Positions 27,017-35,990 of a DNA stretch of 64,000 nt are shown here, in pieces. The DNA comes from Candidatus Dormiibacterota bacterium (GTDB lineage Bacteria > Chloroflexota > Dormibacteria > Dormibacterales > Dormibacteraceae): contig DASXNH010000025.1 of NCBI GenBank assembly GCA_036495195.1, forward strand, positions 17,524 through 81,523, read 5' to 3'. Position numbers and translations under genes: made by a program. Within the stretch, counting starts at the first letter, position 1; the number at the start of each line of letters is the position of its first letter. The notes under the pieces were generated by a model. It saw only the letters and a program-made list of their open reading frames with translations, was not told where the DNA came from and ran no database searches.

Positions 27017-28231
27017 GGGAGCGTGCGCCTGGGTGTCCCGGATTCGCGGAGAACCCTCGCGATCTACTTCGCCGCCGGCGCTTCGTTTGCCGCGCTGTCG
27101 GCGCGAGGTCTCACGGTGCCGCTGTACGCGCACGAGCTGGGAGCCAGCCGCTTTCAAGTCGGCGCGCTGTTCGCGGTCGCAACCCTGGCCGCGGCTCTGC
27201 TGTCGATGCCGGCGGGCGTCCTCATCGATCGCTTCGGCACCAGGACTCTGTTGATTCTCTCCTTGATCATTGCGGCCGGCTCTCAGCTGGCCATCGCCGA
27301 AGCCACCACTGTGGCGCCGTTGTTCGTATGGCAGATCGTCGGCGGACTTGGCGCCGGCGCTCAGCAGGCCGCGTTGTTCAGCGCAGTCACTGCCTTGGTG
27401 CCCGGCAACCGGCTGGGGCGTGCCATGGGGTGGCTCACGTTCTCGATGCAGGCTGGATTTTTCATCGGCCCCTCCATCGCCGGTCTCTGGCTCCAGTGGA
27501 TCGATCTCCGCACGGACATCGCCGTGACGACTGCCCTGCTGGTGTTCGCAATCCCTGGCGCGATGGCGGCAAGCACTGCGCCGCAGTCGGGGCAGCGGCT
27601 GAGCTTCATAGGACCTCTGCGCGCGCTCATCACCCAGCCCTCGTTCGGTCCAGTCGTAATCGGGCTCTTGTCGGCAACGCTGGTTTGGGGAACCGTCGGT
27701 GCGTTCCTGCCGATCTTCGGCAAAGAGAGCCTGCGACTGTCCAACTCACAGATCGGGCTGATGCTGGCAATTCAAGCCGTCGCCAACGGCCTCGCCCGCA
27801 TCCCGGGCGGCAGGCTCGTTGACCGCGCCAAGCACCGCTGGCCGATCGTGTTTGTCGGTGTGATGGTCTGGTCGGTGGCGGCGATCGTGCTGGGCCACCT
27901 CAGCGGGTTCTGGGCTCCGGTGGCGTTGCTGGTCATCGCCACACCCTTCGTCGCGACTGTCTACGTGGCCTTCGGAGTGGTGTTCGGGGACCTGTCTACC
28001 GGATCCACCCGTGGGGTGGCGATGGGTGCATATGGGACGGTGCTATTTCTCGGTTTGACCACCGGACCCCTGGTGTTCGGGCCGATCGTGCAGACGTACG
28101 GTTACGCCGCCGGCTTCACCGCTTGCGCGTCGGCCGCGATGGTGCTGGCTCTCGTGATGGCCGCGTCTCACGCGGAGCCGCTGCGCCCACGATCCGAGAT
28201 CCCGCTCCCTCCACCGGCTCCGGGGACATAG
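27011..28231 (+). CDS. MFS transporter
   Basis: 406 aa with about 12 hydrophobic segments and MFS-like loop motifs. The start may instead be the in-frame GTG at 27023. Confidence 0.85.
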   Translation: MLGSVRLGVPDSRRTLAIYFAAGASFAALSARGLTVPLYAHELGASRFQVGALFAVATLAAALLSMPAGVLIDRFGTRTLLILSLIIAAGSQLAIAEATTVAPLFVWQIVGGLGAGAQQAALFSAVTALVPGNRLGRAMGWLTFSMQAGFFIGPSIAGLWLQWIDLRTDIAVTTALLVFAIPGAMAASTAPQSGQRLSFIGPLRALITQPSFGPVVIGLLSATLVWGTVGAFLPIFGKESLRLSNSQIGLMLAIQAVANGLARIPGGRLVDRAKHRWPIVFVGVMVWSVAAIVLGHLSGFWAPVALLVIATPFVATVYVAFGVVFGDLSTGSTRGVAMGAYGTVLFLGLTTGPLVFGPIVQTYGYAAGFTACASAAMVLALVMAASHAEPLRPRSEIPLPPPAPGT

Positions 28232-28715
28232 CCGTCGCATATTCGTCGATCACCTTTCGGTGGCTCGGAAATGCGAGAGGCGGCAGGGATTCGAGCGCAA
28301 AGACCCCGACCTCGAGCATCTCCGGGCCTGGAGCGAGCCGGCCGCCATCCGCCAGCCTGGCCTGGTATGCGATTCCAATCATGCTGGGAGCTGTCCGCTT
28401 GGCGATGTGATAGACACCGATGAGGCGAGTTTTCTCGACATCGGCGCTTACCTCTTCGCGACATTCACGAGCCGCCGCATCCCACGGGCTCTCATCGTCG
28501 TTGACGAACCCGCCGGGAAGGCACCAAAGACCAAGGCCAGGCTCGATCGCGCGCCGCCCGAGGACGATGCCGCCGTCCATTTCGATGACCACCGCCGTCG
28601 TGACCTTGGGGTCGTGCCACAGCACAAAATCGTCATTGGGGCAGCCCTCGACCTCGCGGCCTTCGACCACGCGCGCAACGAGCTCGGCGCCACAGTTCAC
28701 GCAGCGGTGGGTCAC
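28116..28715 (-). CDS. NUDIX hydrolase with N-terminal zinc ribbon
   Basis: CVNCGAEL...CPNDDF zinc ribbon, and a Nudix box GGFVNDDESPWDAAARECREEVSA (GX5EX7REUXEE-like). Confidence 0.85.
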   Translation of the reverse strand: MTHRCVNCGAELVARVVEGREVEGCPNDDFVLWHDPKVTTAVVIEMDGGIVLGRRAIEPGLGLWCLPGGFVNDDESPWDAAARECREEVSADVEKTRLIGVYHIAKRTAPSMIGIAYQARLADGGRLAPGPEMLEVGVFALESLPPLAFPSHRKVIDEYATAMSPEPVEGAGSRIVGAAAPRETRPSREPAPSRPTRKR

Positions 28716-28756
28716 TTAACCAACTCTAGTGACCTGGGAAATCGCAGCGACCGCTG

Positions 28757-29893
<1,137 letters not shown>

Positions 29894-29931
29894 AGAGACT
29901 CCATTTTTTGAGTTGCCATAGGTTAACGCCC

Positions 29932-29959
29932 CTGACCGCAGGGTTGTTCGGGCTATACT
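29932..29959 (+). promoter_or_regulatory. candidate promoter (-35 CTGACC, 16-nt spacer, -10 TATACT) for the MaoC-like gene
   Basis: TATACT at 29954-29959 lies 10 nt upstream of the first plausible initiation codon (CTG 29969), in a locally AT-richer spacer. Confidence 0.35.
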
Positions 29960-29968
29960 CGGCCCGAC

Positions 29969-30799
29969 CTGGAGCCGATCTCATTCGACGACCTCCCACT
30001 CGGCGGTGAGTGGACGACCCGGCGGCGCACCATCTCCGAATCTGAGATCGCGCTGTTCGCCGCCGTCGCCGGCGACTTCTCCCCGCTGACCATCGATGCG
30101 ACCCATCGAAACGGCCGCATCGCCCCTCCCGCGCTTCTGGTCGCGATGGCGGTCGGCCTTGGCTCGATGGACATGCCGGTGCCTGCGGTCGCCACCTGGG
30201 AGTGGCTCAACTGGAAGTTTCCGAGACCCGTCCGGGCTGGCGACACGATCTACGCGATCTGGACGCTAACCCAGAAACGTGCCCCCGTCGGGGACGATCC
30301 GACGGCGATCGTGGTCTGGCGCGTGGACGTGCACACGGCCACTGGCACCCTGTGCGCCGAAGGCGAGGTCGGGGCGAGCGTTTTGAGGAAGGCCGCAGCC
30401 AAGGCGCCTCGAACTCGTGTGGAACCGCCTGTTGCGGCCGTGGTGGTGGCTGCGTCCAGCCCTGCAGCTCGCCGCCGGCGGCGCCGACGCCCGGCCACAG
30501 CGGATGGCGCGAAGAGCGCAGCCGAGCCCAAGGCGGTGGCGGCGGTCGAAGCCGCAGCCACTCCAACGCCTGCAGCGGCTGAGCGCTCGCCGGGAGGACC
30601 GAGGCGCCGGCGGCGCCGCAGGTCACCTGGCTCGGCGCAAGCGCGAAACGGCGAGGGGACTGCCGGCAACGCGTCTTCAGAAGGACCACCTCCAGGGGAC
30701 ACCATGCCGGCGGCCCCGGCCTCTCCGGCCCTGGCGCCCGCGGGGGCCGGCTCCCCGAACCCCCTGACGCGCGCGATCCGGCGTCTCCGCCGGCCTTAG
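29969..30799 (+). CDS. MaoC-like (R)-hydratase hot-dog domain protein with Ala/Pro/Arg-rich C-terminal tail
   Basis: My translation upstream of the tracked ATG (30146) gives LEPISFDDLPLGGEWTTRRRTISESEIALFAAVAGDFSPLTIDATH, the conserved MaoC N-terminal region. The frame is open only back to TGA 29933-29935 and holds no ATG, GTG or TTG before 30146. CTG 29969 is therefore assumed as the start. Confidence 0.7.
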   Translation: MEPISFDDLPLGGEWTTRRRTISESEIALFAAVAGDFSPLTIDATHRNGRIAPPALLVAMAVGLGSMDMPVPAVATWEWLNWKFPRPVRAGDTIYAIWTLTQKRAPVGDDPTAIVVWRVDVHTATGTLCAEGEVGASVLRKAAAKAPRTRVEPPVAAVVVAASSPAARRRRRRRPATADGAKSAAEPKAVAAVEAAATPTPAAAERSPGGPRRRRRRRSPGSAQARNGEGTAGNASSEGPPPGDTMPAAPASPALAPAGAGSPNPLTRAIRRLRRP

Positions 30800-30815
30800 A
30801 CCCCCCGGGCGCCCT

Positions 30816-31685
30816 TCAGGCTGGGGTTTCCAGGGCCTCGAGGTATTCGATGACTCGGCGGGTCAGCTGGCTTGGGGTTGAGGCGCCGCTGGTCACTCCA
30901 ACCTTCGTGGCTCCCTTGAACCAGCTGAGGTCCAGGTCCTCGAGGCTGTCGACAAGGTAAGCCGGCTTGTGGCCCAGCTTCTTGACCACCTCGACCAACC
31001 TCAACGAGTTGGACGAGCGCGGACTGCCGACAACGATCACAAGGTCCACATGCGGCGCCGCCTCGACCGCGGCTTCCTGCCGCTCCTGCGTGGCGCGGCA
31101 GATCTCGTTGTGGACCTCGGCGTTCGGGTAACGGGCCTGGACGCGTCCGATCAGGTCCTCGGTGTCCCAGACGGAAAGTGTCGTCTGGCAGGTGACCGCG
31201 ATCCTGTCGCCTTTCAGCTCGAGAGCGTCGATGTCCTCCGGGTCCTGGACTAGATGGACCTTGCCGGGAGCCTCACCCATCACCCCTTCCGGCTCGGGGT
31301 GTCCCTTCCTGCCGATGTAGACGACCTCGTAACCCTTCCTGGCGAGGTCGGCGACCAGCTCGTGGGTGCGGACCACGTCCGAGCACGTGGCGTCGATCGG
31401 GGTCAGGCCCAGCTCCACGGCCCGCTGCTTGACCTGCGGCGAGACGCCGTGGGCCGTGAAGATTACGGTGCCGCCCTTGATGTGGTTGAGGCCTGCCAGC
31501 CGGTCGTTCTGGTCCACCAGCTCGACGCCCTGCCGCTGCAGGTCGTCGGTCGCATGGGTGTTGTGGACCAGCATGCCGAGCATGTGAACGGGCCCGGTGG
31601 TCTCCTCGCGGACTCGCTTGGCGATGCGAAAAGCGTCGACTACGCCGTGGCAGTAGCCCCTGGGCGTGATCTTGAGAACTTCCAA
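30816..31685 (-). CDS. ispH: 4-hydroxy-3-methylbut-2-enyl diphosphate reductase
   Basis: From TTG 31685 the protein starts (M)EVLKITPRGYCHGVVDA, matching the IspH N-terminus of Bacillus-type enzymes. The longer ORF would overlap the upstream gene. Confidence 0.9.
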   Translation of the reverse strand: MEVLKITPRGYCHGVVDAFRIAKRVREETTGPVHMLGMLVHNTHATDDLQRQGVELVDQNDRLAGLNHIKGGTVIFTAHGVSPQVKQRAVELGLTPIDATCSDVVRTHELVADLARKGYEVVYIGRKGHPEPEGVMGEAPGKVHLVQDPEDIDALELKGDRIAVTCQTTLSVWDTEDLIGRVQARYPNAEVHNEICRATQERQEAAVEAAPHVDLVIVVGSPRSSNSLRLVEVVKKLGHKPAYLVDSLEDLDLSWFKGATKVGVTSGASTPSQLTRRVIEYLEALETPA

Positions 31686-31720
31686 TCTGAACTTGAGTTT
31701 ACGCGGAGGCTCGGAGAGCC

Positions 31721-32539
31721 TTATTTGTCGGCGACCCCCACGAAGAGGTCGTTCTCTGGCAGCTTTGAGCCGGGCTTGCCGCGCGCCAGCCGGTAGTACT
31801 CGGTGCCGAATGCCAACCTGTAGATCTGATCCGCCATCGTGGTGAACCACGAGTTCGGGTCGTTCTGGGAGACGTGCGCGGAGAATGCTTCGCGCTTGCG
31901 ATCGACGTAGTCGCTGACGTCTATCTGGGTGGTGATCAGCTCGTCGGGCGTCCCCGGAATCTGGATGCTGCCTGCTCGCTCCTGGCGCTGGGCGTCGTCC
32001 GGGAGCGCGGCGATGAACTGCTGCATCAGCGTGCGTGGGATGCCTGTGTAGTAGAGCTTGCTGGGACGCCAGCCTTCCTGCTCGAGCAGGTCCAGGGCGG
32101 CATTCGTGGTGAGATGCGCCTTGATGTGGTCGGGGTGGCCATACGTTCCATCAGCGTCATAGGTCACGACCACGTCAGGCCGCTCCTCGCGCAGAATCGC
32201 GGCCAGCCTCGCCGCAGCCTCGTCCAGCGGCGCCCGGTGAAAAGACTTGGGATTCTCGTTGTCGGCGGTGCCGGCCATGCCCGAGTCACGGTAGTCGAGG
32301 AACTCGCCGCGATTGACACCAAGCAGGCGCGACGCGGCCTCCAGCTCCTTGGTCCGGACCTCGCCGAGTCGCGGCCGCGTGGCTGCCTCATCCATGTTGT
32401 AGATCTCGCCGACCTCACCGCGCGTCGCCGTGACCAGCACCACGCGGTGGCCGTCTGCCCTCGCCTTCAGCATCGCGCCGCCGGTCGAGATCGCCTCGTC
32501 GTCAGGGTGCGCGTGCACCAACAGCAAAGCCCCCATCAC
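31721..32539 (-). CDS. PIG-L family deacetylase (MshB/Mca-like)
   Basis: LLVHAHPDDE and DGTYGHPDH motifs. The start (GTG 32539 or ATG 32536) overlaps the HAD gene stop. Confidence 0.85.
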   Translation of the reverse strand: MMGALLLVHAHPDDEAISTGGAMLKARADGHRVVLVTATRGEVGEIYNMDEAATRPRLGEVRTKELEAASRLLGVNRGEFLDYRDSGMAGTADNENPKSFHRAPLDEAAARLAAILREERPDVVVTYDADGTYGHPDHIKAHLTTNAALDLLEQEGWRPSKLYYTGIPRTLMQQFIAALPDDAQRQERAGSIQIPGTPDELITTQIDVSDYVDRKREAFSAHVSQNDPNSWFTTMADQIYRLAFGTEYYRLARGKPGSKLPENDLFVGVADK

Positions 32540-33315
32540 TTGATCAACAGGTCGACGAGCTGTTGGATTCCACGATGGCCGGGTCCGGGTATCGTGCGGT
32601 CGGCGGCGGCGATGACTTCGGGCTCGGCGCCTTCCACCGCCACGCCCAGTCCCGCCCAGGAGATCATCGAGACGTCGTTACGTCCGTCGCCTACCGCCAC
32701 CGTCTCTGATTGGGGAATCCCAAGCTTGTCACACAGAAAGGCAAGCGCCTTCGCTTTGTCACTGTCGATGCTGGTGAACTCGAGGTAGGTGGGCATCGAC
32801 GTCGCTGCGTTCAACTTCTCCTGCCAGCGGCGCCGCACCTCCGGAAGCACCGCCTCCAACACCTCACGCGTGGCGACGATCACCAGCTTTGGGGTCGTCG
32901 GCCCCATCGCAAGGTCGAGGTCCGCGACGAAGTTGATCGGCATGCCGGCATGGTCTGCATATTCATGCGCCTCCGGCCGATCCCTTTCGACCAGCAGCTC
33001 ATCCTTCGAGTACGCCTGAATATGAAGGTCCCGTTCGCGCGCAAATCGAACGACCTCCATCGCAAGGTCATGTTCGATGCCATGGTCCAGGATCATCCCG
33101 CCGTCCAAAGCCCGGATCTGCGCGCCCTGGTAGCAAACGATCGGAGTGTCGAGGCCAAGGCGCTTGACCCAAGGCAACGCTCCTGGAAAAGGCCTGCCGG
33201 TGCTGGCCACGACAGTGATTCCTGCCCGTACCAGGCGGCCCACCGCCTCGACATCGCGTGGATCCAATTGCAATGTCGGGCTGAGGATCGTGCCGTCGAG
33301 GTCGAGGGCCAGCAG
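32536..33315 (-). CDS. Cof-type HAD-IIB phosphatase
   Basis: The tracked ORF starts at TTG 33273. The in-frame upstream translation reads RYRLLALDLDGTILSPT, which is HAD motif I. No canonical start lies between the in-frame stop (33418-33420) and the motif, so CTG 33315 or 33312 is assumed. C-terminal motif VAVGDGRNDVSM. Confidence 0.75.
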   Translation of the reverse strand: MLALDLDGTILSPTLQLDPRDVEAVGRLVRAGITVVASTGRPFPGALPWVKRLGLDTPIVCYQGAQIRALDGGMILDHGIEHDLAMEVVRFARERDLHIQAYSKDELLVERDRPEAHEYADHAGMPINFVADLDLAMGPTTPKLVIVATREVLEAVLPEVRRRWQEKLNAATSMPTYLEFTSIDSDKAKALAFLCDKLGIPQSETVAVGDGRNDVSMISWAGLGVAVEGAEPEVIAAADRTIPGPGHRGIQQLVDLLIK

Positions 33316-33329
33316 CCGGTAGCGAAGAG

Positions 33330-34313
33330 CTACTTCTTGACCTCGGGGTTGACGAGGTTGGGCGGCCGGCCCCCGCGAGCCGCGGTGGCCACATTTCGTG
33401 CGGCCATGGCCGACATCTCAGAGCGAGTTCGACTGGTGGCGCTCGCGATATGCGGAGCGAGCACCACGTTCGGCGATGAGATCAGTCCCGGGTGCACCGC
33501 CGGTTCGCGCTCATAGACATCAAGCCCGGCGCCCGCGATCTTCTTGGCGCTCAATGCCTCCACGAGCGCTGCTTCGTCGACCACAGGCCCGCGGGAGGTG
33601 TTGATGAGGATCGCCGTTCGCTTCATCTGCTCGAACTGCGCCTTGCTGAGCATGTGCTGGGTCTCTGGGGTCAGCGGCACGTGTACCGACACGAAGTCGG
33701 ACTCCGAAAGCAGCCGCCCGAGATCAACCCGTGTCGCGCCGAGCTGCTGTTCGGCGTCGGGCGGCAGGGGATGCGGGTCGTAGTAGAGCACGCGCATGTT
33801 GAAACCCTTGGCGCGATGTGCGACCCCGCGGCCAATGCGCCCGATGCCAACGAGACCCAGCGTGGCGCCGAAAACGTCCGCACCGAGCATCATGTCGATC
33901 GCCCAGCCCTTGAACTTTCCCTGGCGAGTGAAGTTGTCGGCCTCGACGATCCTGCGCGCCGCCGACATGAGCAGGGTGAATGCAAAGTCGGCGGTGGCAT
34001 CGTCCAGCACCCCTGGAGTGTTGGTCACCATCACCTTGTGGGCGGTGGCGGCGGCGATGTCGATGTTGTTGAACCCGACAGCGACGTTGCCGACGATCTT
34101 GAGCCCGGGCGTCGACAGCACCGTTTCGCCAATCGGGTCCATGAGCTGGCTCACGATCCCGACGCAGCCCTCGGCTGCCTTGCGGATGCTGGCCTCGTCC
34201 AGGGGAGCGCCGGCCGGGTATGCGATTACTTCCACCGCCTCGGCGAGGATCGCCGGACCGGGGTCGAGTATGGGGTGCATCAGAAGGACGCGTGGCTTGC
34301 CACCAGTGCTCAT
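33330..34313 (-). CDS. D-isomer-specific 2-hydroxyacid dehydrogenase (glyoxylate/hydroxypyruvate reductase-like)
   Basis: GLVGIGRIGRGVA NAD-binding motif plus RG...DE and H catalytic context. The start ATG 34313 overlaps the upstream stop as ATGA. The longer ORF N-terminus is Arg-rich junk. Confidence 0.9.
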   Translation of the reverse strand: MSTGGKPRVLLMHPILDPGPAILAEAVEVIAYPAGAPLDEASIRKAAEGCVGIVSQLMDPIGETVLSTPGLKIVGNVAVGFNNIDIAAATAHKVMVTNTPGVLDDATADFAFTLLMSAARRIVEADNFTRQGKFKGWAIDMMLGADVFGATLGLVGIGRIGRGVAHRAKGFNMRVLYYDPHPLPPDAEQQLGATRVDLGRLLSESDFVSVHVPLTPETQHMLSKAQFEQMKRTAILINTSRGPVVDEAALVEALSAKKIAGAGLDVYEREPAVHPGLISSPNVVLAPHIASATSRTRSEMSAMAARNVATAARGGRPPNLVNPEVKK

Positions 34314-34876
34314 GGATTCAGTCCCAGCTCCTCGGCTACCGGCTTCAGGGCATCGCGGACGATCTCCACGTGCTCGTCGAAGGGTATACCGAGCAGCTCC
34401 GCGCCGTGGAGAAGCTCCTCTCGATTGACGGCGCGCGCGAACGCCTTGTCCTTCATCTTCTTGCGCACGCCGCTTGGCTCGACCGCGCCCAGCGACCTGT
34501 CTGGCTTGACCAGCGCGCACGCGATGATGAACCCGCACATCTCATCCACCGCGTGCAGAGTCTTTCGGGTCGGGGTGTCGCGCGGGACATCGAGGTAGAG
34601 GGCGTGCGAGGCGATGTCGTCGAGGATGGATTCCGGCCAACCCCTCTCGCGCAGCATCGCGATCCCCCTCATCGGGTGGAGGTCGAGAGTCGGGCCTGAC
34701 TCGTAGTCCCAGTCGTGGATGACGCCAAGCACTGCCCACCGCTCCTGATCCTCGCCAAAGCGCCTGGCGTAGGCGCGCATTGCCATCTCGACGCTGCGCA
34801 TGTGGCGCCGAAGCTGCAGCGATGGCGTCATTGAGGTCATCAGCTCCCATGCCTCGTCTCGCGTCGGCGAGCTCAT
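34310..34876 (-). CDS. HD domain-containing phosphohydrolase
   Basis: H...HD signature (RRHMRSVE...LGVIHDWDYE). Start at ATG 34876 (MSSPTRDEAW). Confidence 0.8.
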   Translation of the reverse strand: MSSPTRDEAWELMTSMTPSLQLRRHMRSVEMAMRAYARRFGEDQERWAVLGVIHDWDYESGPTLDLHPMRGIAMLRERGWPESILDDIASHALYLDVPRDTPTRKTLHAVDEMCGFIIACALVKPDRSLGAVEPSGVRKKMKDKAFARAVNREELLHGAELLGIPFDEHVEIVRDALKPVAEELGLNP

Positions 34877-34934
34877 GGTGCGTTCCAGCGGAACAGCTTG
34901 TATCGGTACGTGAGGACGAGGCGGACGAAAAAGC

Positions 34935-35990
34935 TCACCCAAGTATTTCCTTCAGGGCTCCGAGCAGCTGCTCGTGTTGATCGCGGGTACCGATGGTGAT
35001 TCGAAACCAGCCGGCAATCGGTTCTCGATCGTAATGCCGGATCAGGATCCGTCGCTCGCGCAGGGCGTCGGCCACCGCAGCACCGACGCTGCCTGACGGC
35101 GGCTGCACAAACAGGAAGTTGGCAGCTGAAGGCGCTACCTCGAAATGCAGGGCTGTGAGCTTTTCAGCAAGCCACGCTCGCTCAGCCACGACGTGGTCGA
35201 CGATGGCCCGATGGTGGCTGTCGTCCTGGATGGCGGCGACTGCAGCGACGATGGCCAGCCGGTCGAGGTTGTAGGAATCCTTGACTTCATCAAGCGCCGC
35301 GATGAGCTCGGGGTCGCCAAGGGCAAAACCGATGCGCATCCCCGCCAATGCGTACGACTTGGAGAAGGTCCGCAGAATGAGCAGATTTCGATACCGCTCC
35401 AGAAGGGCGGCGCAGGACTCAGGCGCGAAGTCCACATACGCCTCGTCCAGCACGACCACGCCGCGCGCCGTGGCGACGACGTCTTCGACCGCAGACTCTG
35501 AAGACCACGTGCCGGTCGGCGAGTTGGGGTTGACGATGAACTTGAGGCGTGCGTGATCCTCGGCGAGCTCGTTAGGCCAGGTCCAGCCCTCCGCGCAGGG
35601 ATGCGGAGCCGCCACCGCCTCGTGGATCGTGCAGAGAGGTTCGAAGAGCGGGTACGTCGGGGTGGGATACGCCACGCGATCTCCCTTCCCCGCAAAGGCG
35701 CGGAAGCACATCTCGATGAGGTCGTCGCCACCGTTGCCCAGCGCCACCATCGACGGCTCCAGGTCAAAGTGGGCGGCAATCGCCGCGCGAGCCGGCGCCG
35801 CTGTGGGGCTTGGATAGAGTCGCAGCGAATCCCCGGTCGCTTCTTTGATCGCCTCGATGACCTTGGGCGACGGAGGCAGAGGCGACTCGTTGGTGTTGAG
35901 CTTGACCCAGCCTCCTTCATCGGAAGGCTGCTCGCCGGGAACGTAGGGTTGGAAGCCCCGAAGGGCCTTCTTCAGGAAGCCTTCCGGCAT
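34935..35990 (-). CDS. hisC: histidinol-phosphate aminotransferase
   Basis: Class II aminotransferase layout: NPNSPTG, LDEAY, and the FSKSYALAGMRIG PLP-lysine motif. Confidence 0.9.
   Translation of the reverse strand: MPEGFLKKALRGFQPYVPGEQPSDEGGWVKLNTNESPLPPSPKVIEAIKEATGDSLRLYPSPTAAPARAAIAAHFDLEPSMVALGNGGDDLIEMCFRAFAGKGDRVAYPTPTYPLFEPLCTIHEAVAAPHPCAEGWTWPNELAEDHARLKFIVNPNSPTGTWSSESAVEDVVATARGVVVLDEAYVDFAPESCAALLERYRNLLILRTFSKSYALAGMRIGFALGDPELIAALDEVKDSYNLDRLAIVAAVAAIQDDSHHRAIVDHVVAERAWLAEKLTALHFEVAPSAANFLFVQPPSGSVGAAVADALRERRILIRHYDREPIAGWFRITIGTRDQHEQLLGALKEILG

Noticed and set aside
28116-28231. 116-nt convergent overlap between the MFS transporter and NUDIX genes
   Set aside because: Both C-terminal tails in the overlap are low-complexity (Pro/Arg/Ala/Ser-rich), so either stop may be biologically irrelevant read-through. 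It is worth noting but not evidence of anything unusual without transcript or protein data.
30207-30705. Multiple overlapping ORFs on both strands in the 30.2-30.8 kb low-complexity region
   Set aside because: All are Arg/Pro/Ala-rich frames of the same GC-rich repeat-like DNA. Only the frame continuous with the hot-dog domain has independent support.
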